The translations under genes and the position numbers were made by a program. A DNA stretch of 64,000 bases from Hypanus sabinus. Its lineage: Eukaryota. This document shows positions 12,463 through 26,370 of this stretch, in pieces. Position 1 is the first letter of the stretch; the number at the start of each line of letters is the position of its first letter. Below the pieces are notes generated by a model. That model was not told the origin of the DNA, ran no database searches, and saw nothing but the letters and a program-made list of their open reading frames with translations. The stretch lies in the NCBI RefSeq assembly GCF_030144855.1, contig NC_082707.1, forward strand, positions 177,754,001 through 177,818,000. The letters run 5' to 3'.

Positions 12463-13645
12463 AAGTTGTCCCTAAATCAATGAGTGTGATTCTTCAGGCA
12501 CCTGTACCTCCTTCCTGACGGTAGAAATAAGTGAACATGTCCTGAATGTTGAGGGTCCTTAGTGACTACGAAATTACTCACTATAAGTCACTATTCCTTC
12601 ACTGTTACAGTCAAAATCAAAATCCACTAGCAGCATTATGAATATAGCCACACCTCAAGAACAGCAGTTCACTATCATTTTCTCAAAGGACAATTATGGG
12701 TGGGTTATCAAATGCAGAGCATGTGTCCGTTGGATTAAAATGGGCCACTAGAACCTGCTCTGGTGTTTAGCAATGCAGTGATTATAAAAGAACATGGGCT
12801 TCTTCCAAGTCACACTTTCCCAGTGATTCTCATGCCCCTTAATTTAAGCTCAGCACCCCTACTGAGGCATCGGCTGCTGCTGCTGACAGCAGCTCGCCAG
12901 TGTCCTCTGTCCTGGGCCAGTCTTTCAGGTTGTCCACAGGTGTAGCCCATTTTCAAAGATCCTTCCTCTCTCAGGATGAGGTCTTTGGAGCTTCTGTTGG
13001 TGATTCTGTCGTTCTGGAATTTTACGAGATGGGGTTGTTAGCCCCATGCTCAACCCTCCTCCTTTCGCAGCCGGGCTTGGGACCGTCCATGGCGGAGTTG
13101 CCTCTTAATTTGCTTAGTGTTTGGTAATCCATTGATCTCAGCTTGAAAGCACTCACTCACCGAGCATCCACATTCCTCTAGGTGAATGAAATGCCTCATC
13201 TCTGGCTGGGATCAACTCCTTATTCTGAATATAAACTCCCTATTTCTAGATTTTTTTCAGAAAACACCTTAATATCTATCATATCAATCACCTAAGAATC
13301 AACGAGATTACACTGCATTCTTCTCAAATAATGTATTTCATTTGTCTGATTTTCAGTCTATATAGACTACAACTGCACACTTATTTTATAGGTAATTTTC
13401 TCGCTCAGGAATCAATCTGGCCTATCAAGTATACACCACTTCAAAAGACACGAGTATCTTTCCTCAAATAATGAGAGTTAAGCTGCCTACAGTACTCCAT
13501 ATGTGGTATTTACAAAGCATTGAACAACTGCAACAAGACCTCCTTACTTTCATACTCCAAGTCCATTGCACCAAAAGTTAACATACAAAGTGTTTTATAC
13601 GTATTCATAATAAAACAATTTACAAGTATATTGAATGAGGGTTAC

Positions 13646-13733
13646 CTTCTTGCTGCAACTGAGCCAAAAATAGGGCGAGGTAAGTGTCTGAGATCAACTC
13701 TGGACCCGTCAATAAAGAATTCAGGTTAAACCA
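13646..13733 (-). CDS. ATXN3: Ataxin-3 exon 6 (WFNLNSLLTGPELISDTYLALFLAQLQQEG)
   Basis: 88 nt with AG/GT boundaries; contains the Josephin catalytic Asn. Confidence 0.97.
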
Positions 13734-13843
13734 CTGCCCAGAAAAGAAAGCATTGGTTATTCTTTACATCTATGCATATTAATTGGACAGATGCATAATG
13801 TAAATTATTCCTCATCATTTTATAAATCTAGCGAAAACAAATT

Positions 13844-13857
13844 GCGCCATCTGGTGG
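13844..13857 (-). promoter_or_regulatory. Candidate CTCF binding site
   Basis: CCACCAGATGGCGC on the minus strand, a near-consensus CTCF core within otherwise AT-rich unique intron. Confidence 0.6.
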
Positions 13858-14669
13858 TAAGCTCTGTGAGGTACAATAACATTCCTATCAATTTAGACCT
13901 AATTTATTAGTATTTTATGTTGTTTTTCGATGCTGTTAATAGTTTTTGAATATATTTGAGTGATCTTGACTGATTTTAATGAGTTTGACAGTTATGGATA
14001 AGGTAGGGCAGTAGTTTTTATGTTGTTGTCCTGTCATCTGCAATCATCACTAAGTGATGATATGATGCGTCAGACAACCCTCTTGACACCTGGTACATCA
14101 CCACAGGGGATAGGACCAAATTTCCTACAAGGTTGAGGGAGGGATCGGGGAGGGAGAGAGGAATGTGCTGTGGAAGAGTAGTTAGGTAAAGAAAACTGAA
14201 GAAATACACACTTTATTTCATTATATAAATGTTTGACTTTCTTACGTTGAGCATCATGTATTTATAAAATGTTTTTAAATACAGAAAAGAACCATTCCAT
14301 GTGGTTCATAGTAATACAAATAATAAATATTAATTAAAATAATAAATATTCAGGCAATGGGAGTCAGAGGTATGTTTAAGAAGTACATTTAAATAAATAA
14401 ATACAGCGAAGTGGGCAAATTTATATAGGTAATATCAGACTGTGGAACCTAGGTAAAAAACTGAGGCTGAACTAGCTGGATAAACGTAGTCCAAACTGCC
14501 AAGGGGCAAATACAGTTAGGGTAGTCAATATAAGTGTGGAAGGCAAATAATGTACAGCTCGTGTTAGGAAAAGATGATGGATGGAATGATCAAGAAAGGG
14601 CTTAAACAACAGGTTGGAAAGTTCATCTACGAAGCATTGGGAAATTGGTGGTCCAAGTGGTCAGATATA

Positions 14670-14856
14670 ATGGGCACAGGGCTAGCTACTCCATCCCATA
14701 AAAATCCAGGGCTACAGAAAATAAAGGGAGAGGAAGGATACACTAAGAAGATGGGCTATACCTGGGAAAACTTGAAAGACTAGCCCAGGACAGAGGAACT
14801 CTAATGAGGTGCTGTCGGTGGCCTATACCCCAGTCGGGGTGATGGGCCTAAGAAGA
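14670..14856 (+). mobile_element. Short RTE-related remnant
   Basis: KKMGYTWENL-like RTE C-terminal segment and a gcctataccccagtcggggtgatgggcctaagaag 3' end. Confidence 0.4.
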
Positions 14857-16022
14857 CAAAATGATGAAAAGTGTAGATTTCAGATAGCAAAAACAGCACT
14901 GAACTTGTCAAGGTTGGAGGTGCAAGGCATAAGGGCGAGGGTTGCAGAAATTGATAATCCGATGTAAGTAGTCTGTACTAATGATGAGAAAGGGTGTCAG
15001 AGAATCAGCCCAGAATCCAATTAGCTGTCAAATTTTCTAATTTGGTTCAATCTGAAGCAGTGGCTTGTGAAGGAGATGGAATTTCTGACAAGGGTACAGA
15101 ACTTATGAATGTGGACCAAAACAAATTGCTTTGGTCCTTTCAGGAAACTACCTCTTCGACCTCATTCGCCTCAATATTTATTAAGTACATCTCTGTGAAC
15201 CAGCATGCAAGAGCACTTTGTAATTACACGTTACATTGTTCTCGGGAAAATACAGCTTGTTGGATGTTAGACGAAATGTCTTAATGTACTCAGGGAATGG
15301 AGAGCTGGGCCCAGAACATCTGGTGCCTATAGCACCAAACAGACTTATCCAGTATGAGATGTAAAAGAGCCAAAGATATTTGCTTTGGGGTGGTGGGGGT
15401 AAGGTGATATTACTGTTTGGTTCATTTCATATTTAATTTGACAAGATTTGACAAGAGCAATGGGTCTGCACACATCTTCTGCCACCTGGGAACTTGTTTC
15501 ATGGCCACATTACTGACTTACAGATAGCTCATGAGAACAAAACCCTGCCACAACCTGGGATGAATCGTACAGTGTGGACTTCAAAGCAGTGCAGAACTTA
15601 TGTGTTTGACTATGTCAAAGAGTGCTAAAATGAAGTACATGTCAGTTTGGATAAGATTATATTTATGTGTAGAGAGTAAGCAACCTGGCTTAGCAGAAAA
15701 AGACAGTCTCCACTTAACATACACTGCAATTCTGTAGTAATATTTTAACATCCTACATCTTCACACCAAACTTTTTTTTAAACACAAGCTCACATTTTGT
15801 TAATTAAGGTTCTTGAGAAAGAAGAAACTGGGACTATGACACACTGCATTAATAGAATACTGAAGAGAATACTTTTAAGAAGTTTCTTGTCCCCAAAAGA
15901 GATGAAACAATCATTGGAAATCTTGGAAAAAATTGGTAAAGGGAATGGTTTAATTTCTCTCATACCAAGGAAGTGAGATTCAAACTTCCATACCAATTCT
16001 TTAATGTTAAAGAGTAAACTAC

Positions 16023-16089
16023 CTGATTTCCTAATTTTCGTACTGTAAACCAATGTTCTTTGTAGTTGCATATAAATGCCCTTTCAATT
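16023..16089 (-). CDS. ATXN3: Ataxin-3 exon 5 (IERAFICNYKEHWFTVRKLGNQ)
   Basis: 67 nt, AG/GT, phase consistent; contains the catalytic His (EHWF). Confidence 0.97.
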
Positions 16090-16343
16090 CTGTGGAAACA
16101 ACAAACACGTGGATAGACCTTAATCTGTTTCACAAGGAATTTGCTGAAAGAATCAATTTAATTTTTCAAAATGCCTAATTCTGAACAAAATGGCTATTGC
16201 TCATTTGTGACAGTATTAAGAGTATATTTGAAAAAAGAGTCCAAAATCTGAAAATTAAGATCCACATAAACAGTAATTATAATTTAAATAAAAATAATGA
16301 CAACACACTGTATTTATGTATGTATATATAAAATGTGCCTTAC

Positions 16344-16429
16344 ACTGGATCAATCCTTAATCGCTGATATTCTGGGCTGTTGAAGAGGGTAATCTCTAAA
16401 CCCCAGACTCTCAAGGCACTACTAATCAC
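16344..16429 (-). CDS. ATXN3: Ataxin-3 exon 4 (VISSALRVWGLEITLFNSPEYQRLRIDPV)
   Basis: 86 nt with AG/GT boundaries. Confidence 0.97.
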
Positions 16430-19400
16430 CTGCAGAAATAAAATTTCTTTGAAAGGTCTTTGGATTTTTACAGAGATACAATGGAGCCCATTTAAAATAA
16501 ATAATTCTACAAGCAATATCTGTTTTTAACATGCAAAAATCTAAGCAGGAATTAAAAATATTTATTAATAAACTTCTATTGGTTTCATATTTTTGGCTAC
16601 CCTCCTGACCATAAAACAACTAGGATGACAACTTGCCCAGTGTTTGTAGATAATTTCTCTATGGAATTGACCTCATTGCCTTCGATGATCATTCTGCAAA
16701 CAAACTGCAAATGGTCGGGCCACCAGAGAAGATTTTTAAAATGTACAATGTAGGTATAAGATTTGCAAACGTATTTTTCAATTCACTTCCCGGTACACCT
16801 TCAGTATCCCTTTGTGTATTTGTATGAGTACACAAGAATTGTGTACTGTGATACCCTAAATCCTAATCTTCAACTGATTCAATTTTGCTACAAGCCTCAA
16901 TGGAAAGGGGGAAGGGCATGGAGCAGTAAGAAAAGATCTAAGTTTCTGTCGAGCCTGCACATACAAAAAGTCCCCCTAGTTTTCACTCTTCAGTGGTGTA
17001 ATTCTACATTTCAAATCCTGTTCATAAGACCATGGGAGCAGAATTAGGCCATTTGGCCCATCGAATCTGCTCTGCTATTTCATCATGGCTGATCCAATTT
17101 ACCTCTCTGTTCCAATCTCCTGCCTTCTCCCCATATCCCTTCATGCTCTGACCAATCAAGAATCTGTCCTCCTATTCTTTTTTTAATACATACGCTCATT
17201 GGATGTGGACAGCACCAAAAGTACTAACATCAGCTGTCCATCCTGTTTTTTAATCAGACATTCCAGTGTCAACCATATTGATGGTACAGGGAATACATGT
17301 TTACCAAAAGAGGCGAGAATAGCAGCTCCTTCTCTGAACATTAATGAACCAGATGGATTTTTATTACAGAATATTTCTCTGGTGATTCCCACCCCCTCCA
17401 CACTCCCTTCCCTTTTTCCCAACCATGTTTCCAGTCTCCCTCTCCACCACCGCACTCAGACCACAATAGAGACCCGTATCAGAATCAGGTTTATCATCCT
17501 CAACACATGTCATGAAATTTATATTCTTTTGTGGCAGCTGTACAGTGCAGTACATAAAATTACTGAAGTATTGTGCAAAAGTCTTAGGAGCTCTAGTGCC
17601 TAAGACTTCTTTCCACAGTACTGTACGTTCACCAGGACCTGAAGTTTCACTGATTTATTTGAATTACTTTTTTGGAATGTGAGCTTCACGAGAAAGGCTA
17701 GCTTTTATCACCCATCCTTAACAGCTCTTGAGAAGGAAGTGAGCCACTTTCTTGAACTATTGCAGTCCTTTCCATGAGAGTACTCCCACAAAGCTAATGA
17801 GTAGGGAGTTCCAGAATTTGGATAAAGGACTGTAAAATTTCTCCAAGTTAGAATGTTGTGAACACAGAGGAGGTGGTGCATTCATCTTAGGGAATGTAAT
17901 GACACAACATCAAGTCACCATCCATTAGATCATCAAATCTTTTAAGACTTATTTATAGAAGGTACACTGACACAGTTTAACCCTCTGACTCCAATCAAGA
18001 GGATTTAGACATTACAAGAGAGGATAAACAGGAGGACATCAATCTTATGCCTCTGTTATACTTAACTTAAAGAGGTGAAAGCTTGTATTAGATAATGAAG
18101 GCAAGTCAGTGATGCCATCTATAAAATCAAGGTACAGGATCGGCGTTTTTCATGGTGAAATGGTACAATAATTTAGCATCAAGACTTTATTTGTAATTGT
18201 GGGTGTTAGATTACTATCCATTGTGTCTATAGTAGACCATGCCAAATCATGGTTTTGCAGATTGAAGGAATTCCCTAGATTTGTTTCCTGCAATGACTTA
18301 CTAGAGGTACCTTGGTTGGAGGTTGGAGCAATGTCATGAACATTTCATAGAATAATTTAGCTTAGAACCAGGTCCTTTCTGTCCTCCTTATCCACACAAT
18401 CACTGATGTCTGTGGACATCCACATTACCAGATTTTTTGCAGCCCTATTTATAACACACAAGATTTTTAAACAGTTGAATGAAAAAATATTTTGAAATCT
18501 TCACTGATATCATCAATAGAATGCCAGAACAATTAGGAATATTGTGGCAGTTTAGGGGGAGAAAAAAGTAACATAAAATAGTGGCATAAATTAGAACTAT
18601 TTCAGAAAAACCCAATTAGACTCTGAAAGTGCAACACACCAATGACTAGTTGAATCATAGAGTTATGATGGCCAAGAAGTCACAAGACTAATTGTGCATC
18701 ACTGCGCTCACTATGAAATAATCAGCTATTAATAGAAAAGTTGCAAATAAAAAAATATACACTGATGATGAGTAGAAAAGTTAAAAAAGGGGAAGTAATT
18801 TTACAACTCCAAAAAGCTCAAATTTTGCATTAAGTTTATTATCAAGAATTCATGTAAAACATTTCAATTGCTTTGAGCTGAAATCTTCAGAATTATACAT
18901 CATTCTACAGGGGAAGGCAAAATATGATTTTACAGTTCAGTTTGTTTCATTTCAATGATAAATGACCCTGTCAGAGTCTTCAGGTCATTTTAAATTTCCA
19001 GCCAGTTTTAACATAGACTTGAATTTTTTTTCCAAAATACATTGCAATTAGAAATACTGCTTTCCTAAACACAAGTTTAATGTACCTTGGGAAATAACTG
19101 AATTGTCAATGTAATAAATGAATGATATCTAAAGAAACAAGTACATTAGGTATTCAGTATATACAACTGGTTTACAATTTTTCTCATTACCATTACTCAG
19201 AATGGAGGTCATTGCCTGTGTACCATTTAACTATGCTTAGTCTCAAACTATTCAACAAATCTAGCCATCTGTTATATAGCTATCTGTATAAGAGCTTATA
19301 ATTGCCAAATAAACATCACCCTACTTTTCCTTTTTTTATGTTTAAGCAAAAAAACTCAGATTCCTGCCAAGTTAAACCATAAAATGTACATAAAAATAGA

Positions 19401-20339
19401 AAATGCTGGAAACATTCAGGGGGTCACGCGGTATCTGCAGAAAGAAACATGATTAATACTTCAGGGCTGGGATCTTTCATCAGAACTGCAAAAGAGAGAA
19501 AACACATTAGTTTAGTTAACAATGAAAGATGATGAAAAATGGGTGGTCCAAACTGAATATTTCTGATAGGGGGAGAGTAGATGATCTTAATAGGCAGTTC
19601 AAAGCAGATTATGCTTGTTTGTTTGTGTTGCTAATGAGAAGACTGTAGGACAAGCTCAGCAGGCCAAACTTAGCAAAAATGGAAAAAGGATGACCTGCTA
19701 TTAAACACAAGAATGTCTGCAGATGCCGGAAATCCAAGCAACAGCAGGTCAGGCAGCATCTATGGAAATGAATTACAGTCGATGTTTTGGGATGGGACCC
19801 TTCAGGACTCAGAAATAGCTGGTTCAGAGACAAATGGAAAGAAAGAGCGAGTGATCTAAAGGTACAAAATTTACTACTGAGTTCTGCAGACTGCAACTTG
19901 CAGAGGATGAGGTGTTGTTCCACAAGCTTTGGTTGAACCTCATAACAAAGCAAAAGGCCACAAATGGAAAGGCAAGAGTTGGAGTGAGATGGTGAATTAT
20001 ACTGCAAGGCATCCAGGAAGTCAGGGACTAAGAGGAGGTGTTCTGAAAAATAATTACCTAATCTGCATTTGGTTTCCCTGTTGTAGAGGAGCACTGTGCC
20101 ATGGAGGCAACGCTGCTGTGCAGCTAGTGGAGCCACTCCCTCAAGATGCCAGAGAGCCAGGTTCAATCCGGACCTGGTTTGTGTGGAGTCTGCACATGCT
20201 TCACGTGACTGCATGGCTTTCCTCTCACACGTGGAGGAAGGTGAGCCATTATCAATTGTGTCATCTAAGATGTAGTCTAATTGTCTAGAACCTGGTGAGA
20301 TTTAATGAGATTGAGAAGTGACTGAAAATGCAATTGATG

Positions 20340-21256
20340 TAGAACTTCCGCCACCTCCTACGTGATCCCACCACCAGCCACATTTTCCCCTTCCCCCCAC
20401 TCTTGGCGTTCCGCAGGGATTGCTCCCTACGCATCTCCCTTGTCCATTCATCCCCCCTATCCCTCCCCACCGACCTCCCTCCGGGCACATCCCTGCAAAC
20501 AGAAGAAGTGCTGAACCTGCCCCCACACTTCTTCCCTCACCACCATCCCAGGCCCCAGACAGTCCTTTCAGGTGAGGCACCACTTCACCTGTGAGTCAAC
20601 TGGGGTGATATACTGTATCCGGTGCTCCTGATGTGGCCATTTATACATTGGGGAGACCCGCCGCAGACTGGGAGACCGTTTCACCGAACACCGGCACTCA
20701 GCCCTCCAGCAGTGGCGGGATCTCCCTGTGGCCACACACTTCAATTCCACAGACCACTCCCACTCCAACATGTCTGTCCATGGTCTCCTCTACTGTCAAG
20801 ATGAGGCCACACGCAGGTCGATGGAGCAATACTTTATCTCTTGCCTTGGTAGCCTCCTACCTGCCGCCATGAATATTCAACTCACTGTTGATACCCCTGT
20901 CCCCCCCCCTTACCCCATCCCTATCTATTATTTTAGTCTGGTACTCTTTCTCTCTCTTTTTCCCCCCTCACTATAATCTCCCCCCAGCCCTACCTTTCTT
21001 TCTCTTTTATTTCCCATAATTCTCCACCTTCCCCCTAGCCCATTTCACTCCAGCCTATCACTTCCCAGCTCTCTACTTTATCCCTCCCCCCACTTCTTAT
21101 CCCCCTCAACCATCCCATGTTACTTCACTCCTGATGAAGAGTTTCAGCCCAAAACGTCATCACAACCTCCTCCCATACATGCTGTCTGGCCTGCTGAGTT
21201 CTGCCAGCATTTCGTGTTTTTATTTATTTATTTCCAGCATCTGCAGATTCACTCGC
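20340..21256 (+). mobile_element. Penelope-like element 3' fragment, relatively young
   Basis: QVRHHFTCESTGVIYCIRCS.CGHLYIGETRRRLGDRFTEHR GIY-YIG motif; tail with a hammerhead-like sequence. Confidence 0.85.
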
Positions 21257-22431
21257 GTTACTATTGATCAGAAATCAGTGTCTTGAACTGGTATAAAGCT
21301 GATTTCAATATGGTAAGCCACGACTTTGCTAAAGTAGACCTGCAGCAATTATTTGCAAGTGAGTGACCAGAGGGAGGCATTCAAAATTGAAATGATAAGT
21401 GCTTAAGACCAACATATTCCCGTAAAGGTGAAAGTTAATGACAGTAAATCCAACAAATTTGTGTCAGGGGTGTCAAGGGATATCAAGGGATAAAGAAAAA
21501 AATTGAGTATGTATAAAATACCAAAAATGGAAAAGGCCCTTTGAGAGCTGTGTGTACTACCAAAGCAAGGAAGTTTATAGGAATTGGAAAGCTGGACTTG
21601 AAAGTCAGCATGGGTATGGTTAATTTGAAAGGTCTGTCATTGCGCAACATTAACTCTGAAATGGACTAGTGTAGATATTAAGCTGCCTTTTGCCTTTCCA
21701 TTGAAGAACATTATTTTTCTTTATTGTTAACTGCAAAACATTAACATGGAGGATAAGCAACAAAATACTGTCCATGTGGCTATCCATTATTGATCAACCA
21801 AATCTGATTAATTCCACTGCATTCCTAGTGTATAAGCATCAAAATATATTTAAGAAAAATGAAGAATTACTACCGAGACAACACTAACCACTACAGCAGG
21901 AAAGATCAAAACTGCTAACCCCACCCAACCACACTTACAGATCCTTTGGGTTACATTGGGTGCAAGTTGTTTTGAACATTGCATGTACTTAAAGATTATT
22001 TACGGTTGAAACTGATAACAAAAGTTAGAAATTCAAATTCTGCAAACATCACTAATACCCTTTAGGAAGTACTGCTAATTTTAGGTTGAAACTGTTATCA
22101 GACATTTGATGCAGAAACTGCTAACCATAATGCATGAAGAATATTATGTTGAAAACAGGCCAGAAGTTAAAATAACAAAAATAAAGAATTATGCAAGCAA
22201 TGAACAAGAGTCAATTAAAGCACAGGGTTAACTTCAACTTACTAGTTTCTTTTTCTTCTGACAGTATTTAACAAATATATCAATTACAAAAGTTAAAGAA
22301 TGACAATAATCCTTTCTCATCACTTTCAAATAGTATGCTGAAAATGGGCTGTCGGGGTCAAGAAGGATAACAAATAAAGTTAAATTTACATCAAAAAGTA
22401 ACAGGTTACATAATTAAAATAACATACTTAC

Positions 22432-22476
22432 TTGAATTGAAAAGAATCCACTATCATCCATATTCCCTGATGGTTG
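22432..22476 (-). CDS. ATXN3: Ataxin-3 exon 3 (QPSGNMDDSGFFSIQ)
   Basis: 45 nt, AG/GT, phase 0. Confidence 0.96.
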
Positions 22477-23424
22477 CTTTAAAATGAAAGAAAAATTGTA
22501 AAAATGTGACAATCGAAATGTTCAGAGTACATTGACTAAGAGGCCAAAAATGTCCAGTGATAAAAACATAAAGTTTGATAATGTATTTTACCAACCAGAG
22601 CCAAATGCATCAAGATTGGGACATTGTACAAGAATAACACTGTGAAAATAAATCTGCTGATGTCAGAAGTCACTACTGTAATTGAGAATATGTTTCAGGA
22701 CCATAGTGCACACGTTAAATTTTCACTTTTAAAAATACAAGTTACTCTGAGGAACTCAACTCTCTCTTCAGATTTTTTTTTAATCAAGGACCTGGCAGCT
22801 AGAATCATTCATTTGAAATATGACAGTTTTTTACAATGCTGCCACCAGTTGACAGAATAATGCAACTTCAGAAAGTTATTTATTTTGAGTGTTTAGTGTC
22901 AAATAATGACTTAGACTAGGAAGAGACTTAAATCAAATGATCTAGACACCTCATTCATTTGTGAGAATGGCAAAAAAAAAGCCCCAGTACTCTGCACTGC
23001 AAAGTGGTGAGGACATTTTCTCTTTCTACAAGCAGGAGGCTAAAAGCCATGTGATGTACATATAATTACCTATTACAGATGGCTATAAGGATATTGATAA
23101 GAGTTAGTTGAGTAATAAAACATTGCGTTCAGGACACCTGAAGACCACATAATCTCTTTTAGTAGTGTTCTAGAATCTGATACATCCAACTCCAAAAGTG
23201 CCTTTACACTGGAGATTCAATAACATTTAATTTCTTTGCAGCACTGTTAAAGCACTATTACTTTCTTAACAGTGTTTATGTAAATTAAAGTTACTTTCTC
23301 AAGTTCATGGACCAAGGCTCATACCCACAACTATATGACTTGGAAGTGAGTTGCCTCAACCGAATTATTGAAAAGGCCTATAAGGAGCAATTGAAGTAAA
23401 CACAATTTAAGCTGTAGATTTTAC

Positions 23425-23589
23425 CTGTAAAAATATTCTGTATTCCTCTGTGGTAGTTCCTCCTTCTGCCATTCTTACTCGCTCTTCTTCATCCAATTGC
23501 TGTGCAATTGTAGACAGGTCTATAGGGCTGAAGTACTCGCCCTGAAGCAAATTGTTGAGGCAATGCTGAGCACAGAGGGACCCTTCTTG
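23425..23589 (-). CDS. ATXN3: Ataxin-3 exon 2 (QEGSLCAQHCLNNLLQGEYFSP...YRIFLQ)
   Basis: 165 nt, AG/GT; contains the catalytic Cys (SLCAQH). Confidence 0.98.
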
Positions 23590-23689
23590 CTGCAGGAGCA
23601 ATCAAAACAGTTAATTCTTTATGTAAACTTGGTGACAGCATCTCTTGTACTGTTGTGAAAATGTCAATATTCAATTGTTGATGTATATC

Positions 23690-23946
23690 ATGGAGTGGGC
23701 TTTTCAGGACTTTTCAGCTGTGCTGCCAGCAATCCCCCAATTTAATCCTAGTCTAATCACAGGACAATTTACAATAACCAATTAACCTACTAACTGGTAT
23801 ATCTTTGGACTGTGGGAGAAAACCAGAGCACCTGGAGGAATCTCACATGGTGATGGGGAGAATGTACAAACTCCTTACAGGCAGCAGCAGGAATTGAACC
23901 CAGGTCGCTAGTAGTGTAAAGCATTGTGTTAACCACTACGCTACCA
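23690..23946 (-). mobile_element. tRNA-derived V-SINE (HE1-like)
   Basis: On the minus strand: A box TAGCGTAGTGG, B box GGTTCAATTCC, then V-domain-like cctccaggtgctctggttttctcccacagtccaaaga. Confidence 0.7.
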
Positions 23947-24419
23947 TTTCTCAAAAAAACCTCATTACTCAGTGATTGAAAATGCATACAAGTTTTGCTC
24001 TAATTCCCGCAGTGGAGATTGAATAGCCATATTGCAACCTGACCCTCTTGCAAAGATGGATTGAAGCAAAATGGTATACTTTCTATGACCCACATGCTGA
24101 GAAGTGTTCCAATCTTCCTCAAAGATCAACATTCCCATGGACTCGTAGGAATATCTGATCCGTGACTGCTCAAACTGTCTTAAAGCCATAAAGTTATAGA
24201 GTTATACAAGAGTGAAACTGGCCCTTCAGCCCAACATATTATGCCAACCAAGGTGCACTCCTGAGCTATCACCACCCCCCCCCCCCCCCCGAATTTGGCT
24301 CACATTTCTCCTGTGGAGAAACCTACACAATGAAATTAATAACTCAGAAAACTATGCATCAGGAACACCTAGAAATCCTTAATAATCAGAGAAAACCAAG
24401 CCAAAGTCAATGAGTATTT

Positions 24420-25912
24420 ATTATACTCTATGCTTACCAACCTGACGGACACAGAGTCTATGGAAGTGAGGCAATACAACAGTGAGTCATGGACAGTATA
24501 CAGATTAGAGGATGAGGTGTTTACTGTCTTGAGGCAAATTAGGGTGATTATTTCCTCGGACCTCGTGGGAGGCGACTGCAGAAATTACAAAATTACAGGA
24601 ACCCTAGCAGAGATATTTAAAACCTCCTTAGCAAGGCACGAGGCGCCAGAGGATTGGATCTTTTGTTGTCGAAGAAAGGCTTTAAGAATAAAGTGGGAAA
24701 CTAGGGGTCCAGTGAGTCTGACTTCAGTAGTGGGTAGTTTAAAGGCATGTACTCTTAAGGGACCAGATGTATAGGTATTTGGATAGACAGGGACTGATTA
24801 GGGATGCTTTTTTTGCGTGGTAGATCATGTCTTTAGCAAGGCCTTAGCCAAGGTCCCGTTAGTCACTCGGCATTCAGGTTGAGTTCATAAACTGGAATAC
24901 ACATTAGCTTCATGAGAGAAGTCAGAGAGTGGTAGTAGATGGATGCCTGTGACTAGTGGTATGCCACAGGGAAGGGTGCTGGGTCACTGTTGTTTGTCAT
25001 CTATTTCAATGACCTAGATGACAGTAAGCTGGATCAGCAAATTTGTGGCTGATACCAAGATTGGGAGTGTAGTGGACAGTGAGGAAAGCTATCAAAGGTT
25101 ACAGTGGGATCTGCACCAGCTGGAAAAATGGGCTGAACAACGGTAGATGGAACTTAATGGGAAATTAAAGCCGGCACAGGTCTTGTACAGTGAATGGTAG
25201 GGCACTGAAGAATGCAGGAGAATAGAGGGATCTGAGAATACAGGTCCATAATTCCTTGAAAGTGGCGTCACAGGTAGATAGTGCCATAAGGAGAGCTTTT
25301 GGCACACTGGACTTCGTAAATCAAAGTACTAAATACAGGAGTTGGATGTTATGTTGAAGTTGTATAAGACGTTGGTGAGGTCTAATTTGGAATATTGTGT
25401 GCAGTTCTGACCTCTTACCAACAATATTGAAAAAGTGCAGAGAATTAGCAAGGACATTGCCAGGACTTGAGAACCTGAGTTATGGGGAAAGGTTGAATAA
25501 GTTAGGACTTTATTTTCTGGAGCATAAACGAACGAGGGGAGATTTGAGAGAGGTATACAAAATTATGAGAGGCGTAGATAGGGTAGATGCAAGTAAACTT
25601 TCTAACTGAGATTGGGTGAGACGAGAACTAGAGGTCATAGATTACAGGAGACTGGTCAAACGTCTAAGGGGCACATGAAAGGGAACTTCTTCACTCAGAG
25701 TGTGGAATAAGCTGCCAGTGGAATTGGTGGATGCAAGTTCGATTTCAACATTTAAGTGAAATTTGGATAGGTAAATGGATGGGAGGATTATGGATTATTA
25801 TCCAGATTATGGACTATTATCCAGGTGCAGGTCAACGAAACTCGGCAGATTATAAGTTTAGCACAAACTAGATGGGACGAAGGGCTTGTGTCTGTGCTGT
25901 AGTGTCTATGGC
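24420..25912 (+). mobile_element. Decayed CR1 LINE
   Basis: PVSLTSVVG, FVADTKIG, LENLSYGERLNKLGLYFLE, RGDLREVYKIMRG. Confidence 0.8.
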
Positions 25913-25914
25913 AC

Positions 25915-26370
25915 TAATATCGAAGTACGTATATGTCACAATATACTACTTTGAAATTCATTTTCTTGTAGGCATTTACAGGAAAATAAATCAATACAAC
26001 AGAATTTATGAAAAACTATACATAAACAAAGGCCATCAAACAACCAATGAGCAAAAGAAGACAAATTATGCAAATAAAAAAATAAATAACACTGAGATCA
26101 TATGCTATAGAGTCCTTGAAAGTGGTATTGTAAGTTGTTCAGTTATGGTGAGTGAAGTTATCCACGCCGATTTAGGAATCTGATAACTGTAGGGTAATAA
26201 CTGTTCCTGAACCTGATGGTGTGGGACCCAAGGCTCCAGCAGCTCCTGCTTAATGGTAGTAGTGAGAAGAGAGCAGGGCCTAGATGATGGACGCTGCTTT
26301 CTTGTGACAGCGCTCCATCTCACTGTGCTGAGTGGTGGGGAGGACTTTGTCTGGGATGGACTGTGAGTGA
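25915..26370 (-). mobile_element. Rex-Babar-like LINE 3' fragment
   Basis: RCHKKAASII and a tail homologous to the copies at 32290-33590 and 42380-42965. Confidence 0.55.

Noticed and set aside
1-13645. ATXN3 exon 7 onward and the polyQ/CAG tract
   Set aside because: Not found by eye; presumably to the left of the window, so repeat length cannot be assessed.
23880-23946. tRNA gene
   Set aside because: The A/B boxes run into a V-SINE body that recurs in the window, and no cloverleaf is evident.
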